Position numbers and translations under genes: made by a program. From Epiperipatus broadwayi (Eukaryota; Animalia; Onychophora): DNA of 64,000 nucleotides. The stretch covers positions 22,382,001 through 22,446,000 of the forward strand of contig JAQFVV010000003.1 in assembly GCA_028023455.1 (NCBI GenBank), written 5' to 3'. Under the pieces are notes generated by a model. That model saw only the letters and a list, made by a program, of their open reading frames with translations, made no database searches and was not told the origin of the DNA. This document shows positions 1 to 12,600 of this stretch, one piece after another (position 1 is the stretch's first letter; each line of letters opens with the position of its first letter).

Positions 1-76
1 TTCCAGCATCTCATTGAAATCAAAAATCTGCTTTCAATGCATCTGTCAATATATATAAATACAATAGAATATATAC

Positions 77-698
77 CAGAGGTTGGCAAATGCGGTCTGG
101 TAAGTTTTTTGTGTCCTGCCAAAACAGTCAGAAAAATCCTTCTTGAACCGAGATTTCCTTCCCATGCGCACCAGAAAATTAAATGCTGTGATGTTAGTTG
201 ACTTTTATAAATCTTTGTCTGCTGAAAAATTTCCATGTATAAAAAAATTTGCTGGGAAAATGTTCTATATATTTGGGTTTACACATATTTGTGAGCAAAG
301 TTTTTCTTGCTTGAAGATCAACAAGAGTAAATATAGATGCTGTTTGACAGACATTAACTTGCAGTCTGTGATGAGAATCTCAACAAGCAATCTCACTCCT
401 GATTTCAAAAAAATTGTAGAAAAGTGTGATAGGGTATATTTGTCTCATTAAACTGATTCTAAAATTAAATGTGCTTGCAGCTATAGATAATATGAAATTA
501 GCATAATAAATAAATTAAATAAAATTGCCACTATTTTATTTAAATTTATATTTTTTTATTTTTATGTTACAATTTATACCTTTTCTGAAATGCAAAATTA
601 ATTAATGAATGCAGTACTTTTAAAAGGTATGGCCCTCCGATAACCTTCGCTTCCACAAAATGCCCACCGACCTGAGACAAAACAATTATACACCCCTG
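77..698 (+). mobile_element. Internally deleted hAT DNA transposon (SPIN/Charlie/GTF2IRD2-like)
   Basis: Left end CAGAGGTTGGCAAA at 77. Right end TTATACACCCCTG ends at 698. Subterminal GGCCCTCCG motif. Flanks ATATATAC / ATATACTA share only ATATAC, so the 8-bp TSD is imperfect. Confidence 0.8.
143..451 (+). pseudogene. hAT transposase C-terminal dimerisation-domain fragment
   Basis: FYKSL..KFPCIKKFAGKMFYIFGFTHICEQSFSCLKINKSKYR..LTD..LQSVMRISTS resembles the C-terminus of GTF2IRD2/EPM2AIP1-type hAT transposases. The 5' part of the ORF is missing. Confidence 0.85.
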
Positions 699-956
699 AT
701 ATACTATCACATATAAGTACTTATAATTCCAAACAATTACTATATATATATATATATTCCTGCACTCTTGGAATTATTATTAAAATTAATTTTAAAAAAG
801 AGACAGTATTTAATTATAAAACAACACAAAGTTATTGTGTTATTAAAACAGGAAAAACTCTCCATGCAGTAGTGCCACTCAGCACCAACCAGAGTAATCA
901 ATGGATGCCAGAAGGCTTGTGCATAAAATCCCTATCTAGTACCTACTCATCCAATA

Positions 957-998
957 TTCCCAGACTAGTTTCTGGCTTGTGGCCTTCATCAGTGAGGA
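957..998 (-). ncRNA. Type I hammerhead ribozyme, family A (core intact)
   Basis: Minus strand: UCCUCA CUGAUGA A GGC CACAA GCC A GAAA CUAG UC UGGGAA. Confidence 0.8.
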
Positions 999-1357
999 GC
1001 TTTGGATCTGAGAGCACTGCACCTAGATATTAGGATCTAATGCAACCCTCTAGCAGCCACTGTTTATCTCTACTAAATTACAAACCTATGAGAATAAAAT
1101 TTGAAAACACAATAATATTTTCAATCTAAACTCAATAGCTTATATACTCATATGGTTCTGAACCGAGTTCAGTACTCATACATTTTGGTGTCTTTGGCTC
1201 TTCAACAACTATAGCTACCAATATCCTATTAGGCAGGATTGGTGTTAAACCACTAAACATCACATGATCACTATTTCTTATGCTAGCAACCAGAGTAATC
1301 AATGGATGCCAAAAGGCTTGTGCATAAAACCGCTATCTGGTGCCTACTCATCCAATA

Positions 1358-1399
1358 TTCCCAGACTAGTTTCTGGCTCATGGCCTTCATCAGTGAGGA
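1358..1399 (-). ncRNA. Type I hammerhead ribozyme, family A (core intact, loop II variant)
   Basis: Minus strand: CUGAUGA A GGC CAUGA GCC A GAAA CUAG UC. Confidence 0.8.
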
Positions 1400-1464
1400 G
1401 CTTTGGCTCCTGGAGGGTTGCATTAGATCCTAAGATCTAGGTGCAGTGCTCTCAGATCCAAAGC

Positions 1465-1506
1465 TCCTCACTGACGAAGGCCACAAGCCAAAAACTAGTC
1501 TGGGGA
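1465..1506 (+). ncRNA. Family A hammerhead with G12>A, probably inactive
   Basis: tcctca ctgacga a ggc cacaa gcc a AAAA ctag tc tgggga. Confidence 0.7.
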
Positions 1507-2606
1507 TATTGGATAAGTAGGCACTAGATAGGGATTTTATGCACAAGCCTTCTGGCATCCATTGATTATTCTGGTTGGCACTGAGTGGCATTACAGTATG
1601 GAGAGTTTTGCCTGTTTTAATAACAGTAACGTGCTAGCATAAGAAATAATGATCATGTGATATTTAGTGGTTTAACACCAATCCTGCCTAATAGGATAGT
1701 GGTGGATATGGTTGTTAAAGCCAAAGACACTAAAATGTATGCGTACTGGACTGGGTTCAGACTCATATGACTATATAAGCTATTGAGCTTAGATTAAAAC
1801 TATTATTGTGTTTTCAACTTTATTCTCATAGTTTTGTAGTTAAGTAGAGATAAACGGTGGCTGCTGGAGGGTTACATTAGATCCTAAGATCTAGGTGCAT
1901 CCATTGATTACTCTGGTTGGCATTGAGTGGCACTACTGTATGAAGAGTTTTGCCTCTTTTAATAACAATAATGTGCTAGCATAAAAAATAGTGATCATGT
2001 GATGTAAAGTTATTTATGCGTGTTGAGCATGTATAAGCATGTTTTTCTGCCAACATAAATCTGTTTTGAAGTTTGTGTAAATTGCAAATAATAACAGAAA
2101 ACTGTCAGGATCTTCCTCCGAAGATTGATTAATTAAGCTTTAAAAAATTATTATTATTACTACTAAATCAAGTCAGGACTGATTCATAATTATCAATTAT
2201 CTTTTACATGTTCCAGTTTCTTTATAGACAGGATCATAATTGGAACGATGGAAACTCTCTCATTAATCATCATTCTTTTCTATATCAATCTTTTTGAGAA
2301 TTATACATCTTTCTAATGAATTACATAACATAACAATGTGTTTAAAATAAGACAATATGGTCAGTCATTTATGTTTTAAGCAAAAATTTAAGTCAAATTG
2401 GATTCATTTTCTTTATTTTTTCATAGTAATTCTCTAAAATAATCTTCACATGATCACTATCTCATACTAGCACAATAATTGTTATTAAACAATTCAAAAC
2501 AAAACAACACTCTCCATATAGTAGTGCCATCTTGTGCTAACAAGAGCAATCAATATGCCAGAAGGCTTGTGCATAAAATCCCTATCTAGTGCCTACTCAT
2601 CCAATA

Positions 2607-3114
2607 TCCCCAGACTAGTTTCTGGCTTGTGGCCTTCAGCAGTGAGGAGCCTTGGATCTGAGAGCACTGCACCTAGATCTTAGGATCTAATGCAACCCTC
2701 CAGCACCCACCTTTTAACTCTATTTAACTACAAAACTATGAGAATGAAATTGAAAACACTATTAATATTTTCAATCCAAGCTCAATAGCTTATATAGTCA
2801 TATGGGTCTGAACTCAATTCAGTACCCATACATTTTGGTGTCTTTGGCTCTTTAACAACCATAGCCACCACTATCCTATTAGGCAGGATTGGTGTTAAAC
2901 CACTAAACATCACATGATCACTATCTCATATTAGCACAATAATTGTTATTAAACAATTCAAAACAAAACAACACTCTCCATATAGTAGTGCCATCTTGTG
3001 CTAACAAGAGCAATCAATGGATGCCAGAAGGCTTGTGCATAAAATCCCTATCTAGTGCCTACTCATCCAATATCCCCAGACTAGTTTCTGGATTGTGGCC
3101 TTCATCTGTGAGGA
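2607..3114 (-). ncRNA. Two array hammerheads with core mutations (units 1 and 2)
   Basis: 2607-2648 reads CUGCUGA. 3073-3114 reads CAGAUGA and has a stem II mismatch (GGC/UCC). Confidence 0.75.
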
Positions 3115-3538
3115 GCCTTGGATCTGAGAGCACTGCACCTAGATCTTAGGATCTAATGCAACCCTCCAGCACCCACCTTTTAACTCTATTTAACTACAAA
3201 ACTATGAGAATGAAATTGAAAACACTATTAATATTTTCAATCCAAGCTCAATAGCTTATATAGTCATATGGGTCTGAACTCAATTCAGTACCCATACATT
3301 TTGGTGTCTTTGGCTCTTTAACAACCATAGCCACCACTTTCCTATTAGGCAGGATTGGTGTTAAACCACTAAACATCACATGATCACTATCTCATACTAG
3401 CACAATAATTGTTATTAAACAATTCAAAACAAAACAACACTCTCCATATAGTAGTGCCATCTTGTGCTAACAAGAGCAATCAATGGATGCCAGAAGGCTT
3501 GTGCATAAAATCCCTATCTAGTGCCTACTCATCCAATA

Positions 3539-6390
3539 TCCCCAGACTAGTTTCTGGCTTGTGGCCTTCATCAGTGAGGAGCCTTGGATCTGAGAGCACT
3601 GCACCTAGATCTTAGGATCTAATGCAACCCTCCAGCACCCACCTTTTAACTCTATTTAACTACAAAACTATGAGAATGAAATTGAAAACACTATTAATAT
3701 TTTCAATCCAAGCTCAATAGCTTATATAGTCATATGGGTCTGAACTCATTAGTACCAACTCATTTCAGTACCCATACATTTTGGTGTCTTTGGCTCTTTA
3801 ACAACCATAGCCACCACTATCCTATTAGGCAGGATTGGTGTTAAACCACTAAACATCACATGATCACTATCTCATACTAGCACAATAATTGTTATTAAAC
3901 AATTCAAAACAAAACAACACTCTCCATATAGTAGTGCCATCTTGTGCTAACAAGAGCAATCAATGGATGCCAGAAGGCTTGTGCATAAAATCCCTATCTA
4001 GTGCCTACTCATCCAATATCCCCAGACTAGTTTCTGGCTTGTGGCCTTCATCAGTGAGGAGCCTTGGATCTGAGAGCACTGCACCTAGATCTTAGGATCT
4101 AATGCAACCCTCCAGCACCCACCTTTTAACTCTATTTAACTACAAAACTATGAGAATGAAATTGAAAACACTATTAATATTTTCAATCCAAGCTCAATAG
4201 CTTATATAGTCATATGGGTCTGAACTCAATTCAGTACCCATACATTTTGGTGTCTTTGGCTCTTTAACAACCATAGCCACCACTATCCTATTAGGCAGGA
4301 TTGGTGTTAAACCACTAAACATCACATGATCACTATCTCATACTAGCACAATAATTGTTATTAAACAATTCAAAACAAAACAACACTCTCCATATAGTAG
4401 TGCCATCTTGTGCTAACAAGAGCAATCAATGGATGCCAGAAGGCTTGTGCATAAAATCCCTATCTAGTGCCTACTCATCCAATATCCCCAGACTAGTTTC
4501 TGGCTTGTGGCCTTCATCAGTGAGGAGCCTTGGATCTGAGAGCACTGCACCTAGATCTTAGGATCTAATGCAACCCTCCAGCACCCACCTTTTAACTCTA
4601 TTTAACTACAAAACTATGAGAATGAAATTGAAAACACTATTAATATTTTCAATCCAAGCTCAATAGCTTATATAGTCATATGGGTCTGAACTCAATTCAG
4701 TACCCATACATTTTGGTGTCTTTGGCTCTTTAACAACCATAGCCACCACTATCCTATTAGGCAGGATTGGTGTTAAACCACTAAACATCACATGATCACT
4801 ATCTCATACTAGCACAATAATTGTTATTAAACAATTCAAAACAAAACAACACTCTCCATATAGTAGTGCCATCTTGTGCTAACAAGAGCAATCAATGGAT
4901 GCCAGAAGGCTTGTGCATAAAATCCCTATCTAGTGCCTACTCATCCAATATCCCCAGACTAGTTTCTGGCTTGTGGCCTTCATCAGTGAGGAGCCTTGGA
5001 TCTGAGAGCACTGCACCTAGATCTTAGGATCTAATGCAACCCTCCAGCACCCACCTTTTAACTCTATTTAACTACAAAACTATGAGAATGAAATTGAAAA
5101 CACTATTAATATTTTCAATCCAAGCTCAATAGCTTATATAGTCATATGGGTCTGAACTCAATTCAGTACCCATACATTTTGGTGTCTTTGGCTCTTTAAC
5201 AACCATAGCCACCACTATCCTATTAGGCAGGATTGGTGTTAAACCACTAAACATCACATGATCACTATCTCATACTAGCACAATAATTATTATTAAACAA
5301 TTCAAAACAAAACAACACTCTCCATATAGTAGTGCCATCTTGTGCTAACAAGAGCAATCAATGGATGCCAGAAGGCTTGTGCATAAAATCCCTATCTAGT
5401 GCCTACTCATCCAATATCCCCAGACTAGTTTCTGGCTTGTGGCCTTCATCAGTGAGGAGCCTTGGATCTGAGAGCACTGCACCTAGATCTTAGGATCTAA
5501 TGCAACCCTCCAGCACCCACCTTTTAACTCTATTTAACTACAAAACTATGAGAATGAAATTGAAAACACTATTAATATTTTCAATCCAAGCTCAATAGCT
5601 TATATAGTCATATGGGTCTGAACTCAATTCAGTACCCATACATTTTGGTGTCTTTGGCTCTTTAACAACCATAGCCACCACTATCCTATTAGGCAGGATT
5701 GGTGTTAAACCACTAAACATCACATGATCACTATCTCATACTAGCACAATAATTGTTATTAAACAATTCAAAACAAAACAACACTCTCCATATAGTAGTG
5801 CCATCTTGTGCTAACAAGAGCAATCAATGGATGCCAGAAGGCTTGTGCATAAAATCCCTATCTAGTGCCTACTCATCCAATATCCCCAGACTAGTTTCTG
5901 GCTTGTGGCCTTCATCAGTGAGGAGCCTTGGATCTGAGAGCACTGCACCTAGATCTTAGGATCTAATGCAACCCTCCAGCATCCACCTTTTAACTCTATT
6001 TAACTACAAAACTATGAGAATGAAATTGAAAACACTATTAATATTTTCAATCCAAGCTCAATAGGTTATATAGTCATATGGGTCTGAACTCAATTCAGTA
6101 CCCATACATTTTGGTGTCTTTGGCTCTTTAACAACCATAGCCACCACTATCCTATTAGGCAGGATTGGTGTTAAACCACTAAACATCACATGATCACTAT
6201 CTCATACCAGCACAATAATTGTTATTAAACAATTCAAAACAAAACAACACTCTCCATATAGTAGTGCCATCTTGTGCTAACAAGAGCAATCAATGGATGC
6301 CAGAAGGCTTGTGCATAAAATCCCTATCTAGTGCCTACTCATCCAATATCCCCAGACTAGTTTCTGGCTTGTGGCCTTCATCAGTGAGGA
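3539..6390 (-). ncRNA. Seven intact type I hammerhead ribozymes, one per unit
   Basis: Identical cores at 3539-3580, 4019-4060, 4485-4526, 4951-4992, 5417-5458, 5883-5924 and 6349-6390. Minus-strand RNA: UCCUCA CUGAUGA A GGC CACAA GCC A GAAA CUAG UC UGGGGA. Distal stem I is AUCCAA/UUGGAU. Confidence 0.9.
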
Positions 6391-6657
6391 GCCTTGGATC
6401 TGAGAGCACTGCACCAATCCTGCCTAATAGGATAGTGGTGGCTATGGTTGTTAAAGAGCCAAAGACACCAAAATGTATGGGTACTGAATTGAGTTCAGAC
6501 CCATATGACTATATAAGCTATTGAGCTTGGATTGAAAATATTAATAGTGTTTTCAATTTCATTCTCATAGTTTTGTAGTTAAATAGAGTTAAAAGGTGGG
6601 TGCTGGAGGGTTGCATTAGATCCTAAGATCTAGGTGCAGTGCTCTCAGATCCAAGGC

Positions 6658-6699
6658 TCCTCACTGATGAAGGCCACAAGCCAGAAACTAGTCTGGGGA
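6658..6699 (+). ncRNA. Intact type I hammerhead ribozyme in the inverted copy; predicted cleavage 3' of C6693
   Basis: CUGAUGA 6664-6670. Stem II GGC/GCC. GAAA 6684-6687. GUC triplet 6691-6693. Stem I UCCUCA/UGGGGA. Confidence 0.9.
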
Positions 6700-9600
6700 T
6701 ATTGGATGAGTAGGCACTAGATAGCGATTTTATGCACAAGCCTTCTGGCATCCATTGATTGCTCTTGTTAGCACAAGATGGCACTACTATATGGAGAGTG
6801 TTGTTTTGTTTTGAATTGTTTAATAAAATAATCTTATTTAATTTTACATTAAAATGTTTTATGATTAATCTATTTCATCAAAACATCTGTGAATTTTATT
6901 TTTTTTCCTCCTCTAACATATCTCCCATTATTATTTTAACATGTTCAATTAAATTTCTCTTCTTATTAGTTCCTTTAATAAATGTTCTTATTTTATTCAT
7001 TTTCTCTCTAATTACTCATATTTTCTATTTTTCTTCCAAATAAAAATGTCAAAAAAATCAAATTAGTTTTCTTTTCCTTAAAATTACTTCTCTTTCACTT
7101 ACTAACGTAATCTGCAAGTCATCTCTTTAATTCAGCAATCCACAAAATAATATAATTCTATTTTTTAAGAAGGTTTCATGATATAAATCATCAGCTTTCA
7201 ATGACCATGACTTGGAGATTCAAATTTAGGCCAAATAGAAATTTTTTCAGGTTCCAATCAGATTTAGAATGTTTCTTTTAGTCAATCAGCTTATAACCAA
7301 TCCAATTAACTAAACAATATTGGTTGGAAAATGAAAATCTAGTTATTCTTAGCTAAAAGATAAAATACCTCACATCTCAGCAGCTGGTAAGGCCTGGTCA
7401 TTAATGCCTTCTCTAATGTTCTTTTAAAAGATGCGGCCAGATATCTTTGGCCAAGTAAAGATTACTTCCATCATCCTATTCCATTATACAGAGTATTATA
7501 AAATACTTTAAGCATATATAAATGAGCAAAATAGTCTGAGATGGTCAAATGGATCAAGAAAAGAAATCACATGAACAACTTTATAATATCTCAAATACTA
7601 AAAATGTTTAGTATTACTCATAGACTGTAATGATTAAACTTAATTCCACAAAAAATGAGGAATACAGCAATGTAATCAAAGCACATCAAATAATTAAGTG
7701 AAGTAGAACAACTGCCTTAATCTTTTTTAGGAAATTATTTAAAATTGACTATTATTTGCTAAAAAAATAATGTAACTTGATATCAATTGATCTATCAAAA
7801 TCCTTTGTCATTATTTTGAATAAAAATATTTTAATTAAATATTTGATTATGATTAGATTTGATTAGAATGCAAATAATTATTTCAATCTTACTAGCAGCA
7901 AATTAATCCTCAAACTTTTCATAACAAATATTCAGGCAATAAATAATACTTAGGCACAAGAATTTATATTAAAATACAATGAAATTAATTATTATGGATT
8001 TCCAATTGATGAAGTAATAATTTCTTTGATAAGTTTGACCTCTGATGACATCTAATCATCTGTGGAATAAACGCTTACATTTATTTTTTTTAAAAATGAA
8101 ATAAAGCAATCTTAATTATTTTTAAATCAATAAAAGCTACTATCATCATCATCAATATTAAAAAAATCATACCAGTTCAAGTCTTGCTCAAATCTTCAAA
8201 ATATCTCTAAAATGATTTATGAATTTCTTTTTCTACTTCATATCCTCCACTGTTTTATTTTGCATATATTTTTCATAAATTCCTCTTTTTTCACATCCAC
8301 TCTTTTCAATATCTCTTTCAAATGTGCTTCTCATTATTTTTCCAATCTTTTTTTTTTTTTCTGTTCTAATTATTCTAATTTCTATCCACCCAATGCACCA
8401 CTCTAAACAATCATTAAAGTAACACCTGATACTGGCATTTATGAAGTCTTTTGGAAATCTTATTTCATTTCTTCATTAACAAGTTTGCTATGAAGTTAAC
8501 TTTGAACACAATTTATATTTTTTCTTATCGGAATACATGTCCATTTTTTGAGATGAATTTTGGAACTTTAAAATCTTTTCTCCCTTCTTAATATTAATAC
8601 ATATTGTAACTTGCAAAAGATTAGACATAAGAAAGTAGACAAAGCTATACATCTCAATATGCTAAAAATGCACATATAGCATTAAGAATAATAGTAAGCT
8701 CAATAATTGTAACCTTAAAAAGGGATCAGACAATGCATCAAAATTGTACATTTCATGTAGAATATTAAATAAATAAACCTAGCATTCATTTAAAAATACA
8801 TTTTTATAATTTACTGATGATTATAATGAAGAATAAATATTCTGGAAAATTGATCCTTGGAGCATAGATTGAGCATAGCAACAAATTAATGTAATGATAT
8901 TCTTGAGAAATAAATATGTTTAATAAATTGGAGTCAATAGATTGAAACTTATATTTTCTTCTTTAAAGTTAATGCACACACAATAAAATCATTTTACAAT
9001 ATTGTCATTAGCAGTTTTTGGTAGTATTTAAAATAAAGCATACTAATTAAAAATATGTCCTTCATTAATAGTATACTCTTTAATCTGCATAAAGTCAAAA
9101 GTTGGGTTTTATCTCTATTCAAATACAATTTTATTCTAAGAAGCAGATATTCTATTCTGGCATTAAGCCACATAAATTTCATAAATAAAGCAAATGCCGT
9201 AATAAAAGTCTTTCAATTATCAAAATTATTTCTTAATAATAAACATAGTAGTTTAAAATGTAGCATCTATAAAATTCGTTTATCATTCATAAAGGATCTA
9301 CATTTCCTTGTTAAATAATCTTTATTTCATATAAAAATGAAATCATACTGCAAGAGAACATATTTGAAATATAATAAAATATTTGGTTTGCTTTGAATAT
9401 AAAAGTTACATAAAATATATTAGAAGAGTAAATAAAATCTCTTTAATATGAGTACAAAGTATTTAAAACGTTTTTACTGATAACTTGGAAATTATTCATT
9501 CTAAATAAAGATTTAAATATAAAAAGTGAAATTAATAAAGTCTTTACATAGTAGACATAATACCTCTGATTATGCTCTATTATTGAAATAGCTTTTGAAG

Positions 9601-12600
9601 AAATCAATTCCATCATTGAAACACTAATGCTAGAATTTCCCACAATGCAATATTTGCTGTAACTTTAAAGCATTGAAAGTTTTCAGTTGAGAATAGCTGG
9701 ATAAATATTATCTTTTTTAACAATACATATTAAAAAAAATTGGTTTAAAATTTAAATTTGAAAGCACTATGAACAGATTAGATGTGTGAGTGACTCTCCT
9801 TACATCTGACTTGAAATGAATGGCAATTGAAATCCATTCCCAATTGAATTAATTTACAAAAGATTAAAATTTTTACAATATCTGTAGCAAAGTTCTAAAA
9901 ACAAATGCAATTATCATAATTTCAGAACTTTCTGGAGACAATCATCTAGATAGAAAGTTAAACAAATAATTAATTTGAAGATTATATCATCTTTTTAAAT
10001 AAAATATTTAACTATCTTATTTAATAATGAACACTCTTTAAATAGATTATAAATTTACATTGTTTAACAAAATGTTTGCGCGATGTGGTAAAATGTAAAT
10101 ATTCCATTTTAGGGAAAAGTGAGGAATGCAAGCTTCACCATAACAACACCTCTGTGCACAGTCTTGAGTATAAAACAATTTTTGATTAAATTCAACATGA
10201 GTCAGCTTATTTTTCAGTCATATTCTTTTGATTTCTAACCATGTGACTTCTGTTTATTCTCTTGAATGAAAAATGCCCCAATTTTTTTTTCTTTGCAGAC
10301 TTAGAAGTGTTAAAAGAAAATACCATAAGCATTAAAAGGCTTCACTTTGTGTTTCTGAACCACTTCAAAAATGAAAAACACATATAGACTGGTGTATTAT
10401 ATTAAATGGACAATACTTTGAAGGAGATTACATTTATACATAAACAATTTTTTTACTATAAAATTCTGATTATTTTTGGGTCCCCCCTCATATACTAGCA
10501 TGTGTGCTATTATTAACATGTGGTTATATATGGAAAGTTTAAAATTAAATTTTTCTAAAGACATTCATTATTAAATATTCAATGATGGAAATAGTTCAAC
10601 ATAGAATTACTATTATATAATTAATATTATTTTTGATAATGATCTTTTACTTTCATATTTACTTATTAATTTTGCTTTGACAATGTCTTCTCTCACTGAA
10701 AGCATGCAAGAGATATGTTTGTTTCTTAACATCAACTCACAAAATTTCTATTATCGTTTTAAATTATTAACATACAGACATATATATGCATATATACCTA
10801 AAAATCAAAATCATTCATTTAATAATAATCTCAGTCACAAATAAAAATAAGTTTTAAAAATATTAAGTAAATCTGCCATAAAATAGTATTTAGAATGAAG
10901 AATGCTTCAATTTAATTTTGAACACACATGTATCACTAAAAGATAGAAATATTCACTATCCTAATTAAAGAGGTGTTTTATTCATCCCTTTCAAATAAAA
11001 CCAGAAATCAATAATACTTTTTGACCTATATTAAAAATTAATAAAAAATGAATTTTTAAACATTTTAACTACAACATATTTAAAATTTCTATCATATTTC
11101 TTGATCAATTCAGTTAGCAGATTTCTCTGAAAAATAAAAATTAAAAAAGTAACTAAATATTTAAATAGAAAAATACTGGGTATCTTATTACTTCTAATAA
11201 CAGTCCCTGGATTAAAACTGAATTATCACTTCTGGTGTGTGGTAATATTATTTCCAGACCAATTAAACTTTCGATTTTTTTAAAAATATATGTAAATCTA
11301 TTTGATATGTGGATTTTCAACTGGATGATGATTTCAGAAGTAACATACATCAAATACTTCCTTATTACCAAAGATTACAAATAAGTAAGTGTTTTTAATT
11401 TAATACATGTAGTAAAATAAGGCAAAGCTAATTATGAGTTAAGTTTGATATTTCACCTATCCATGATTAATTATGCATCATATTACAATCATATTTTTTA
11501 TTTTTATAGTCAGTGCATTGGCAGCTTAATCTGCTATTTCTACTTTCTAGCTAAAAATAGCTAGATATCCATTTATTATTATTGGATAGCACTCTAGGTA
11601 GTCTAAGTCTAAGCACCTGAAAGAAAAATTTCAAGTCTATATGTAATAATAATAAAAAGTTCAAGTTAATTAGACCTAGCTAACTTGAATTTCAAATTAT
11701 AGACATAATAAGCAGAAGAGGTACTACTACCCCATAAGAATTTTTCCACAAGTTGCAATGATTACATATGTGTTGACAATACAAATACATACTTTTATAT
11801 AAACTTTTCGTGTAAAATTGTTAATTCAGCACATTTCAATAATTTATTATGATTGTAATATTACATAAAAAAAAAAGGAAGGGTGTGTCAAGCTATTAAA
11901 GACATACTGTAATCATGTTTAATATTTATACTGTCACAGCTACAATGATATAAATCAGTTTGTTTTCTTTTATTATAAACACATATCTATGTGTGTAAGA
12001 ATGTATATATTATGGCAGGAGATGGAAGTGCAAGAAATAAAAATTAAAGTAAGAACTATAAAGAAATATATGCATCCTATCGTTATTGAAATATTACATA
12101 ATAAGACTAATGCTTTTTTTTTATATTTCTGTCACATGTAAGCGTGCCAAATGTTATTGGGGGAACAATATTGATTTTTTTTCATTATTTGCAAATATTT
12201 ATACAACCATAAAAATAACGATGATGATCAGAAACAAGTCTCATTTATTGGTAAGTGGATTATAATTCATTTCTTTAATAATAATGGTTGTATTTATTTG
12301 GTCAGTTAAAAGGTCATTTAATAAAATCGGCTTTCTTTGTACATAAATAGAACAAAACTAATCATATATGGATCCATCTCCTTTTCAGGAAGATCATATT
12401 TACAAATATAATTGGATTTTTTTAAAAAATATATTTTTCTCACTGTTCTTGTTTTCAGTTGTTGAGTGCAGTGTATGGTCATTTAAGACATGAATTATAT
12501 ATGTATAACTGTCTTTAATTAATTGAAAATATGCCATGAAATAAGATGTATATATAAATATATGTAAAATAATGGGAATAAAGAAAATAGGACTTGATTT

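Larger units (their letters stand above)
837..2005. mobile_element. Family A HHR retroelement (retrozyme-like) insertion with fold-back structure
   Basis: About 1.2 units antisense (837-~1406), then about 1.2 units sense (~1410-2005). Flanked by a 9-bp direct repeat AAAGTTATT (828-836 and 2006-2014). Confidence 0.85.
2446..6826 (-). mobile_element. Tandem array of ~8.5 x 466-bp family A HHR units plus a ~415-bp inverted copy
   Basis: Period 466 bp (one unit is 480 bp owing to a 14-bp insertion). Inversion junction at 6412-6415 on a CACC microhomology. Flanking direct repeat TAAAATAATCTT at 2435-2446 and 6824-6835, partly overlapping the element ends. Confidence 0.95.

Noticed and set aside
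2446-6415. CRISPR array or centromeric satellite interpretation
   Set aside because: There are no unique spacers or cas genes, and the context is eukaryotic. The TSD, the ribozyme and the dispersed copies indicate a retroelement.
2943-6524. Repeated 68-aa ORF (MLLNNSKQ...) and its 101-aa junction variant
   Set aside because: TTG start and no recognisable domain. It lies antisense to the ribozyme, is disrupted in other copies, and recurs only because the unit is repeated.
7050-10200. Decayed LINE RT remnants on the minus strand
   Set aside because: Only faint motif echoes (for example LKADD, LWEIL), too eroded to delimit or classify.
12010-12495. Possible host exons (GTAAGT at ~12251, tttcag acceptors)
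   Set aside because: I found no consistent open frame between an acceptor and the donor, and no recognisable peptide.
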